Source: Candidatus Heimdallarchaeota archaeon B3_Heim (GTDB taxonomy: Archaea > Asgardarchaeota > Heimdallarchaeia > Hodarchaeales > Hodarchaeaceae). From it: a stretch of 32,000 bases of DNA. The DNA lies in NCBI GenBank assembly GCA_003144275.1, contig NJBF01000014.1, positions 55,218 to 87,217 of the forward strand. Reading direction: 5' to 3'. The notes under the pieces were generated by a model. That model was given only the letters and a program-made list of their open reading frames with translations. It had not been told where the DNA came from and did no database searches. How positions within the stretch are numbered: the stretch's first letter is position 1; every line of letters starts with the position of its first letter. The position numbers and the translations under genes are program-made. Shown here in pieces: positions 1-8,265 of the stretch.

Positions 1-67
1 GGAACTTGTATTATTCTAAAGGAGAATATTCAATCACTTTGTTACATCTTGCTTAAACAATGTAGAG

Positions 68-367
68 TTGCTAAAAATGAAAACACGACGAGAACAAATT
101 GTAGAATTGTTATCGAAAAATGAAAAAATGACTCTTCAAGAATTAGCTGATTTTACTAAAACATCAGTTAAGACTATAGCTATGGACTTAGATTCAGTCC
201 GAAAAACAATAAAGTACGATAATAAGCGAATTGAGGTAAATCCTGCTTCGTGTGTGGCTTGTGGTTATGTGTTTTTAGGTAGAGGACGAATTAGCGACCC
301 TCATAAATGTCCTGAATGTCATTCAGAAAGGATAAATGCTCAGAAATTTCGTATTGTCTCGATTTGA
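68..367 (+). CDS. Predicted transcriptional regulator, HTH fused to a Zn ribbon
   Basis: N-terminal HTH (MTLQELADFTKTSVKTIAMDL), then CVAC...CPEC. Start is TTG 68 or ATG 77. Confidence 0.85.
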   Translation: MLKMKTRREQIVELLSKNEKMTLQELADFTKTSVKTIAMDLDSVRKTIKYDNKRIEVNPASCVACGYVFLGRGRISDPHKCPECHSERINAQKFRIVSI

Positions 368-396
368 AACAGTAGATATGATTTTCGGTTGAAAAT

Positions 397-816
397 TTAT
401 TCCCCACTACTTCCGAATCCTCCTCCTCTGTCCGATTGATCATCAAGCCATTTAGATTCACTGATTTGCACTTTTACAACTCTGTGAATGATTAATTGAG
501 CTACTCTATGGCCAGGTTGGATTAGATGATCCTCCACCCCTCTGTTGTTCATAACAATCATTATTTCCCCCCTATATCCAGAATCAATTATTCCTGCGGT
601 ACAAAAAACTCCTTTCTTTGCTAGTGAACTTCTACTTTCGATTTTCCCAAAGAAACCAGCTTCAATCTCTAGACATATACCAGTGTGAACAATGTCAGTA
701 CTCCCAGTAGGGAGAGTTAGATCATCAATTGCATATAGATCAAAAGCAGCGTCATTTAAATTATGTTTTGTTGGAATTTGGGCTTTTTTAGACATTTTTT
801 TAACTTTTAACTGCAT
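397..816 (-). CDS. dut: Trimeric dUTP diphosphatase
   Basis: All five dUTPase motifs: AAFDLYA, ESRSSLA, GIIDSGYRGEI, RVAQLI, RGGGFGSSG. Confidence 0.95.
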   Translation of the reverse strand: MQLKVKKMSKKAQIPTKHNLNDAAFDLYAIDDLTLPTGSTDIVHTGICLEIEAGFFGKIESRSSLAKKGVFCTAGIIDSGYRGEIMIVMNNRGVEDHLIQPGHRVAQLIIHRVVKVQISESKWLDDQSDRGGGFGSSGE

Positions 817-909
817 TATTTTTCAATTCCGGTTTACAATCGACTTTAAAGAGATGTGATTGCGTTCTCGCTCATTCTAAATCTGAATAAACCCCCCCTT
901 CTTTTTAAC

Positions 910-2109
910 TCAGGATCCAAGTATCTCTTTAATAATATTCACAGCCCACAGAATTTCTTCCTCTTTGATAACAAGTGGTGGAGCAAATCTGATAGCGTAA
1001 TCATGAGTTTCCTTGGCTAAAATTCCTTTGTCTATTAATTGTTGTGTAAACGGCCGAGCTTTCTCTGTTAATTCGATCGCAATTAATAATCCTTTACCCC
1101 GAACCTCCTTGATTCTAGGGTGTTTAATTTCTTTTAACTTTTGCAGAAATAATTCACCCATAGTCGTGGCCTTTTCATCAAGTTTTTCATCGACAAGAAT
1201 GTCCAAAGCTGCGTCGCCCACTGCGCACGCTAATGGAAAACCACCAAAAGTCGATCCATGTGTACCAGGAGTAAAAACTTTCATAATTTCCTTGCGACTG
1301 ACAACTGCAGAGACAGGTAGCAGACCTCCTCCTAATGCCTTTCCCAAAGTCATGACATCGGGGATAATTCCATCATGTTGATGACAAAACATCTTTCCAG
1401 TCCGACAAAATCCAGTTTGGATTTCGTCTAGAATCATCAGTACATTATTTACTGTGCAGATTTCACGTACTTTCTTTAAATACCCCCCTTTCGGAATCAA
1501 AACCCCCGCTTCACCTTGGATAGGTTCAACCATAAACCCTACAGTATTTGGAGTTATAGCTTTTTCAAGAGCTTCAATATTATCGTAAGGTATTACTTTA
1601 AATCCTGGTGTATATGGTCCGAAACCAGTGTATGCATCTGGGTCAGTAGAAAAGCCAATAATGGTTGTGGTTCGACCATGAAAATTATTTTCACAGACTA
1701 TAATTTCGGCTTTATCTTTCTCAACTCCCTTTTCTTCATAACCCCATTTTCTTGTCATTTTAATTGCAGTTTCGACTGCTTCTGCCCCTGTGTTCATGGG
1801 TAGGGCCATATCGAACCCCTCTCCACAAATATCAAGCAGATGTTTAAGAAAAAGACCCATGCGGTCGTTGTGGAATGCTCGCGAGGTCAATGCGACACAT
1901 TTTAGCTGTTCTTCAAGAGCCTCAACTATTTTCGGGTGTAGGTGGCCCTGATTGACAGCAGAATAAGCCGAAAGGCAATCTAAATATTTTTTTCCTTCAG
2001 GGTCATAAACCCAAACTCCTTTGGCTTTGGTAATTACAACAGGTATGGGATGATAATTATGTGCACCATATTGCACATCAAACTCAATGTATTCTTTAGA
2101 ATTAGGCAT
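910..2109 (-). CDS. rocD: Ornithine--oxo-acid aminotransferase (class III PLP)
   Basis: YGAHNYHPIPVV N-terminus, YSAVNQGHLHP, NTGAEAVETAIK, EPIQGEAGV, DEIQTGFCRTG, PLP lysine in TLGKALGGG. ATG at 2109 preferred over GTG 2118. Confidence 0.92.
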   Translation of the reverse strand: MPNSKEYIEFDVQYGAHNYHPIPVVITKAKGVWVYDPEGKKYLDCLSAYSAVNQGHLHPKIVEALEEQLKCVALTSRAFHNDRMGLFLKHLLDICGEGFDMALPMNTGAEAVETAIKMTRKWGYEEKGVEKDKAEIIVCENNFHGRTTTIIGFSTDPDAYTGFGPYTPGFKVIPYDNIEALEKAITPNTVGFMVEPIQGEAGVLIPKGGYLKKVREICTVNNVLMILDEIQTGFCRTGKMFCHQHDGIIPDVMTLGKALGGGLLPVSAVVSRKEIMKVFTPGTHGSTFGGFPLACAVGDAALDILVDEKLDEKATTMGELFLQKLKEIKHPRIKEVRGKGLLIAIELTEKARPFTQQLIDKGILAKETHDYAIRFAPPLVIKEEEILWAVNIIKEILGS

Positions 2110-2135
2110 AACAATCACATTATCTATACAGATTA

Positions 2136-2150
2136 TCCTTAAAATAAGGA
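2136..2150. promoter_or_regulatory. 15-bp palindrome overlapping the likely TATA box of rocD (candidate operator)
   Basis: TCCTTA-AAA-TAAGGA, perfect 6-bp arms, 27-41 nt upstream of the rocD ATG; minus strand reads TTTTAA within it. Confidence 0.35.
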
Positions 2151-2485
2151 AGAAGTTTATTGTTTAGAGATCTCTGAATGGACAAAATATCAATACGATA
2201 AAAAACTTTCGAATGTAGCAATATTGATCACTAGAATTTCTATATTTTTGTCCATCTTTAATAGTAATTTATGGGGATTGGTCAATTTCAACTGAATTAA
2301 TTTCTTCACAGTCTATTGAATTGTTGAAAACTCTATTGGCTATTCCCAAAATTCATCATAATTATGTAGATTATTGGTAAAATTTCTAATTGGAACGAAT
2401 TAAATACTATATTATTCAAAAAAGTATATTAAGAGAATCCTTACGTATCTTAATGGTCAACTAAAGATTGGGGAGAAAATGATTA

Positions 2486-3217
2486 TCAATCGTTATAGAA
2501 ATCAATATATCGGAAGTGTGGCGGATCATACAGTGATTCATCTTGGAGCACGTTACAAACAAATTCAAAAAGTTTCAAAACTGATTCAGGCTGGTTGGCC
2601 GCACAGCCTAAATTTAATTTTACTGAGAATTGTCTCATTCTATGTTCATCTAAGCTCCCCCCTGTCTCTTTGCCAGTAATCCACCCTCTCCTGATTTTAT
2701 AAATTTCTTTCTCAACAAAATCTGGAGGTTTATTTTTCTTAAAATACTCCAGGTCTTCCTCATCAAACACAGGATCTTGGAAAAATTCGTCTATATCCAC
2801 TGCTACAAAGAAACATCTATTCGAGGAGGGTATATATTGTTCAAAATCAATGTAAACGTTCGTCGACTCTGCCCCTACTAAACTATACAGGATTAAGATT
2901 ATTGAATCCTCGGTAACGTAATCTACTAGCTCCGTATCTCTTATCGTCTTATCTGGTTTACCTTTCTTTCGCATAAGAAGTTTAGAACTAATGGTTTCAT
3001 AATAATGTCTCATAAATATTTCGGTAATTTCTAGCGATGACAGATCACATCCTCGTTGCCGTAATTTCTCAATAAACTTATCCGATTTTATGATTGTTAA
3101 AAAATCTCTAAATCTTTCAAACTTAGAGTCTGGGATTTTTTCTATCTCACTTATCGGGGAAAGAACTACTAGGTTAACCTTATCTAATCCACGAGCACCC
3201 ACTAAATACAACCTCAA
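2486..3217 (-). CDS. Hypothetical protein
   Basis: 243-codon ORF with typical composition filling the gap between rocD and the Lrp gene; no motif recognised; TTG start. Confidence 0.7.
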   Translation of the reverse strand: MRLYLVGARGLDKVNLVVLSPISEIEKIPDSKFERFRDFLTIIKSDKFIEKLRQRGCDLSSLEITEIFMRHYYETISSKLLMRKKGKPDKTIRDTELVDYVTEDSIILILYSLVGAESTNVYIDFEQYIPSSNRCFFVAVDIDEFFQDPVFDEEDLEYFKKNKPPDFVEKEIYKIRRGWITGKETGGSLDEHRMRQFSVKLNLGCAANQPESVLKLFEFVCNVLQDESLYDPPHFRYIDFYND

Positions 3218-3450
3218 AATGATTGCTTGATATTTAATAGTCTACAGTATTTATAATTACCCTATAACTCTATAATCCTACAGCACCTTAAATTCAATGA
3301 TACGTATCGGATATTAAATTCTATAATTCATTCTATACTCCACAACTGGATACCACGTTAAAGGAATACGCGAGTATAAGTTAATTTCAAGTATTAATAA
3401 AAAACATCTTTTTTTTTAGGAGAATTTGATTATTATCTAGATTCATCCAG

Positions 3451-3912
3451 TCAAGTACCATAGTTGAGTATTTGATTTTGTTTTACTTTCCGCAATGTGA
3501 TTGAAGTATAGGTTTTGTTTACCCCTTCAATGAGGGAAATCTGCTTCTCAACAATATCGTGCAAATTATCGATCGAAGCAGCATTTCCAATACATAGAAT
3601 ATCATGAATTCCTGTTGTGATCTTTATTACATGAATTTCTGTTATTCCATCAAGAATCGATATAATATCTTCCATATGACTAGCATCGATATCTAACTCG
3701 CAGATAAATTCTATTTGATAATGAATTTTCGCGGGATCTATATCAATTGTAAATCGTTGAATTACTCCCTGAGTTTCTAGTTTTTTTACCCGATCAGATA
3801 TCGTTTGTGGGGAAACTTTCAATTGGGTTGCAATATCACGATATCTCTTTCTTCCATCCTTACTAAGAGCGTGTAAAATTATGTGATCATTTTCATCCAA
3901 TGCTTTATCCAT
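3451..3912 (-). CDS. Lrp/AsnC family transcriptional regulator
   Basis: LDENDHIILHALSKDGRKRYRDIATQLKVSPQTISDRVKKLETQGVI winged HTH plus a RAM-like C-domain (ITTGIHDIL, IEGVNKTYTSITL). Confidence 0.93.
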   Translation of the reverse strand: MDKALDENDHIILHALSKDGRKRYRDIATQLKVSPQTISDRVKKLETQGVIQRFTIDIDPAKIHYQIEFICELDIDASHMEDIISILDGITEIHVIKITTGIHDILCIGNAASIDNLHDIVEKQISLIEGVNKTYTSITLRKVKQNQILNYGT

Positions 3913-3959
3913 TGACGGATGTCTCCAAATTGTCGGTGATTTTTAATTTTCTTTCTTGT

Positions 3960-4775
3960 TTACGAATTAGAAACTTTTCCTAAGCGCCAAATTAACCAGT
4001 AACGATGGGCAATACTTGCAGGTAGCAAAGCAGGTATTAATACCATGAGACCAAGGACAACTAATGTTCCTAGTTCTAATTTTAAAGTTAAAAGGATCGC
4101 CCAGATTCCACCGGCAAAGATAGCGTAGACTATAATGAATACAACATAGTCTGCCACGGTATCAAACGCCCCTTTAAGAAATCCAAACATGCTATTCAAA
4201 AGCAAGATGCCCAGTTCAATTATTCCTTGAATTATTAGTTTTATAAATTCTAAAAATCCCTGAAATACAGATGCCCCTCCCAAGATAACCGATCGAGCGC
4301 CAGCGAAAATAGAATCCAATCCTAGATATGCACCAGGTATCGCAATAAATAGTGTATAGAGAAAGAGGAAAACTAAAGCTAAAATTTCATTCAAATTGGT
4401 AAATAATATCAGAATTCCTGTCAGAAGTGCAAATGGGGTCATTAAGATAGAAAAACTAACTAAACCATCTATTCCAGGATTCATTTCTTTTTTATCGGGA
4501 TTTTGAGAGAAGAATCGGATCGCTCGATGTGCCTGAGTATAAGTTTTAGTTGGACGTTCTCTACGGGTGAATCGAACATACGATTCATTTTTGGGTCTTT
4601 GAGAAGGTTTGACTATCACATTTCCAAAATCAATGTCAGATATTTCATCTCTGGCGATTTTACCCGCACGTTTCATCTCACGGTTAATTACATTACCTGC
4701 CTCGACAGCTTTCTTTCCAAAAAATCGTCCAAGCTTCTTAGTTGTGGACTCATCTTTTTCACTCATTCTTTTCAA
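3960..4775 (-). CDS. Hypothetical membrane protein (basic N-terminus, ~4-5 hydrophobic segments)
   Basis: 271-codon ORF with several hydrophobic stretches from residue ~105. Start is TTG 4775 or ATG 4766. Confidence 0.75.
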   Translation of the reverse strand: MKRMSEKDESTTKKLGRFFGKKAVEAGNVINREMKRAGKIARDEISDIDFGNVIVKPSQRPKNESYVRFTRRERPTKTYTQAHRAIRFFSQNPDKKEMNPGIDGLVSFSILMTPFALLTGILILFTNLNEILALVFLFLYTLFIAIPGAYLGLDSIFAGARSVILGGASVFQGFLEFIKLIIQGIIELGILLLNSMFGFLKGAFDTVADYVVFIIVYAIFAGGIWAILLTLKLELGTLVVLGLMVLIPALLPASIAHRYWLIWRLGKVSNS

Positions 4776-5027
4776 GCATCCTTTTTAGTAAGTCATTAAA
4801 CTGACCCTTAGATTTTTAAGCATTCTTCTAAAGGTATACAATTTCTCCATCCATTATTATTAGAAAAAAGTTCCGCCTTAATGTGTCAAGAAAAAGAAAA
4901 TAGAATTATCATAGTTCTTGCTATTTTTGTAAGATATCTAAAGAAAAATAAGATAAAGAGTTTATGATTGCTAAACCCTTAAGAATTTCTCTCTTAGCTT
5001 TTAAGTGATTGAATAGAGTGTAATTAC

Positions 5028-5735
5028 TTGATTAGTGAATCGCAGCTTAACACGTTACATAATTTTACTGAACTTCTCCTTAAATGGTTTGAAAAGAACA
5101 GACGTGATTTACCTTGGAGAAAAAAAAGAGATCCTTATCATATTCTTGTGAGCGAAATTATGCTGCAGCAAACCAAAGTGGACCTTGTAATTCCGATCTA
5201 TGAGGAATTTCTAAGAAGATTTCCAACAATAGAGGTTTTAGCAGGTGCTTCTCTAGAGCAAGTACGATTAATAACAGACAAACTTGGGTATACTCGGAGA
5301 AGTAAATTTCTTTTTGAGATTGCAAAAGAACTAAGTGATAGAAGAAAGGGTGTATTTCCCTCCTCTCTTGATGAGTTATTAGAATTGAAAGGTATTGGCC
5401 GATATACTGCAGGAGCTATCCTCAGTTTTGCGTTTGAAAAAAATGATAAGAACGCAGCCATTGTTGATGTGAATGTCGAGAGAGTGATTAGTCGAATCTT
5501 TGGCACTTGGAGAGACGAAAGAAATGCTAAATTTGATAGAAGAATGTGGGCATTTGCAGAAGAATTTATTATAAATGGTAATGTCTGGACAAAAAATCAA
5601 GCGATTATGGATTTAGGAGCTATTCTTTGTGTTTCTTCAAATCCCAGATGCTATATATGTCCTATGAACGTTCTCTGCAAATATTATAAACAGGTAGTTC
5701 CCAAAATAACTCCATTGGATTCCTTTTTTGAATGA
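5028..5735 (+). CDS. mutY: A/G-specific adenine glycosylase, short archaeal MutY type (HhH-GPD with 4Fe-4S), lacking the MutT-like C-domain
   Basis: LPWR, DPYHILVSEIMLQQT, HhH LKGIGRYTAGAI, VDVNVERV, Fe-S motif C-x6-C-x2-C-x5-C (CVSSNPRCYICPMNVLC). Confidence 0.88.
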   Translation: MISESQLNTLHNFTELLLKWFEKNRRDLPWRKKRDPYHILVSEIMLQQTKVDLVIPIYEEFLRRFPTIEVLAGASLEQVRLITDKLGYTRRSKFLFEIAKELSDRRKGVFPSSLDELLELKGIGRYTAGAILSFAFEKNDKNAAIVDVNVERVISRIFGTWRDERNAKFDRRMWAFAEEFIINGNVWTKNQAIMDLGAILCVSSNPRCYICPMNVLCKYYKQVVPKITPLDSFFE

Positions 5736-5753
5736 ATAACAAATGGTGATACT

Positions 5754-8252
5754 TTGAAAAAACAGATCAAAGAGAGAGATCCCTTTCCTGAGTTTATCAA
5801 ACACATCACACCATATATTTATAGCATTATTCGGAAATTGAAAGACTCTAGTGGTACTAATTCAGAATCAGAAGTTTTTTTCGAGAATATATTTCTTTCA
5901 GAAAATGTAAATGCAACAGATCAAAAAATTAATTCAATTTCAACTGTTATGGCGGTTTTGATATATGATTGTCTCTGTATAGGATTAAAGACTCTTAAGA
6001 GGGTCGAATTGCTGGGTGAACATTCGTACTTCAATTCAATTCACATGATATTTGATAGAATTACTGAAAAAAACTTAGATATCCCTCTGTTTCACTCACC
6101 AATATTTCCTCTACACTCTCTTATTGAACTGTTCGTATCTAAACCTTATATTTCAAATGAATGTCTAAAATTCCTTTTAGAAAATACTAGCAATTCAATA
6201 AACTATTCCCAAATGAAGTTCCCTTATTACTATGATAGGAGTATCGGGCAAAATAAAATAAAAAACCAAGGCCAAGTTTTTACTCCGATCTCTGTCATAG
6301 ATTTTATTTTTGATCAGGTGATTGTTCCTGAAACTGAGATAATTCTTGATCCTGCAGCTGGTACTGGTGTTTTTTTACTTCGTGCTTTAGAAAACTTACC
6401 CAAGATTGACCTTTCTGAAGTAATAAAAGTAATTGCAATTGAGAAAGATCCGATACTCAGTCTCATATGTGAGAGCGCATTAAAAGTATTTTGCAAATTA
6501 CAATCACAATCAATCGAATGTCAAGTATATAATCAAGATTTTTTTCAAAGTGCCTCTATTTTAAGTGAGTTACGGTCTGAAAAGCATGGAGTTATTGCTA
6601 TTTTAATGAATCCGCCATATACTCGTCAAGAGCTAATTCCAATTAGGGAAAAAGATTTCATAAGGAATAGAGTTTCTTCTACAAGCGTTATTTCGGATTT
6701 TAAACGGAAATACACTTCTTTTCGAGTTTCAGGTCAATCTAGTTTATATATTTATTTCATCCTTTATATTTCTGAGTTTTTAAACCCCCAAGATCGTTTA
6801 GGATTGATTATTCCTAATTCATGGATGGATGTCAGATATGGTTTAATGCTTCAACTTTTCTTATTAGATCATTACAATATTGAATTAATTGTATCCACTC
6901 GTTTAGAAAAGTTAATTCCCTCAGTAGAGGTTAATACAGTTATTTTGACACTTGAAGTAAAGAGTCACATGCAAAGTCTTGAAGTGAGCTCATCCTCTCA
7001 TGAAGTTAAGTTCATCAGAATAAATTCCAAAGCTGATCTCAAGCTCCTTGCTAATTACGGGATCAAAAAGGCACTTCCAATGATTAAGGATAGTGTGTTT
7101 GCATCTGTTATGGAGAGTAAATTACTTCTAGAACCAAAATGGGGAATATTCGTAAAAGCCCCAAGGTATTTCCTTGATTATCTTGATAATACAAAAGATA
7201 ACATGAAATTTTTAAGAGATTATGCCTCAGTTCGCAGAGGTTTTACTAGTGGCGCAAATGATTTCTTTTATGTTGGAAAACCTGGAAGAATGAATAGGTT
7301 TTTCGTTTCCAGTATAGATTTAAAAGATGGAAGTTTAATTTTAAAACCGCAAAACAATGAAATTTTGCATAGATTACAGGAACAAGGTTTTCTTTTAGAG
7401 GAGGAGTCATTTACCATAGAGAGAGAGTATTGGATGCATTCTGACACGAATAATCATGAATTCCAGAAAGAATCAATCCTATATACTACTCCTTATAATG
7501 AAATATGGATCCCAAACTACCTAATAAAATCACCTAAGGAACTTGAAGGATTCAAAGTTACAAGCGAAAATTTAACTTATGTTGTCATTATAATACCTAA
7601 GAAAAGTTCTCTTAAGCTTAAACCAGGAATTAGAAAATATATTAAATGGGGAGAAACATGGAGGCCCATAAAAGGAAACCCCTATGCCTTAAGGACAACT
7701 TGTGCGAATCGTAAATTTTGGTACTCGCTACCTGACGAGTATTATCATTTTTGTCCAATACTTTGCATAATGACAATAAATGACCGCTATCCATTTTTTT
7801 ATAATCCTCATAATTATTATTTTGATGCTCGGTTATATGGCATTACTCCTCTGAGCGAAATAAAAATAAATGAAGAAGATCTGACTACGTTTCTGTTTCT
7901 ATTTCTGAATACTGTTTTTGTCTCAATTCAGATAGAACTATCAGGACGCGAAAATCTTGGAGAAGGAGGACTGGATGTAAAAGTATATGAATATCAAGAT
8001 ATTAAAATTCCACAATTCAAGTTTCTTGGCAAGAAATCGTTCTTGGCCTCGCTTTTCCAAAAAACATTGCTGTCCAAACCCTCATCATATATAAAAAGTG
8101 AACAACCATCATCTAAACAAGAATTAGACCAATTTCTCAGGGAAATCTACTCACTTTCGGACGAAAAAATAGAAAAAATGCATAAATCATTGCAGAAAAT
8201 TGTCCAAGCTCGCATTGATAAAGCTAAGACAGATTTTTCCTACATTTCATGA
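5754..8252 (+). CDS. Large gamma-class N6-adenine DNA methyltransferase (Eco57I/type IIG-like MTase plus TRD), no evident nuclease domain
   Basis: Motif X GQVFTP, motif I LDPAAGTGVF, motif IV MNPPY, then a TRD-like region (RRGFTSGANDFFY). TTG start preceded by GGTGAT at 5745-5750. Confidence 0.87.
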   Translation: MKKQIKERDPFPEFIKHITPYIYSIIRKLKDSSGTNSESEVFFENIFLSENVNATDQKINSISTVMAVLIYDCLCIGLKTLKRVELLGEHSYFNSIHMIFDRITEKNLDIPLFHSPIFPLHSLIELFVSKPYISNECLKFLLENTSNSINYSQMKFPYYYDRSIGQNKIKNQGQVFTPISVIDFIFDQVIVPETEIILDPAAGTGVFLLRALENLPKIDLSEVIKVIAIEKDPILSLICESALKVFCKLQSQSIECQVYNQDFFQSASILSELRSEKHGVIAILMNPPYTRQELIPIREKDFIRNRVSSTSVISDFKRKYTSFRVSGQSSLYIYFILYISEFLNPQDRLGLIIPNSWMDVRYGLMLQLFLLDHYNIELIVSTRLEKLIPSVEVNTVILTLEVKSHMQSLEVSSSSHEVKFIRINSKADLKLLANYGIKKALPMIKDSVFASVMESKLLLEPKWGIFVKAPRYFLDYLDNTKDNMKFLRDYASVRRGFTSGANDFFYVGKPGRMNRFFVSSIDLKDGSLILKPQNNEILHRLQEQGFLLEEESFTIEREYWMHSDTNNHEFQKESILYTTPYNEIWIPNYLIKSPKELEGFKVTSENLTYVVIIIPKKSSLKLKPGIRKYIKWGETWRPIKGNPYALRTTCANRKFWYSLPDEYYHFCPILCIMTINDRYPFFYNPHNYYFDARLYGITPLSEIKINEEDLTTFLFLFLNTVFVSIQIELSGRENLGEGGLDVKVYEYQDIKIPQFKFLGKKSFLASLFQKTLLSKPSSYIKSEQPSSKQELDQFLREIYSLSDEKIEKMHKSLQKIVQARIDKAKTDFSYIS

Positions 8253-8265
8253 AAATTCAAATTCA

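Noticed and set aside
5028-5735. Mig-type T:G glycosylase paired with a methyltransferase
   Set aside because: The sequence has the MutY LQQT rather than the Mig LRRT, and the neighbouring MTases are amino-MTases (NPPY/F), not m5C enzymes.
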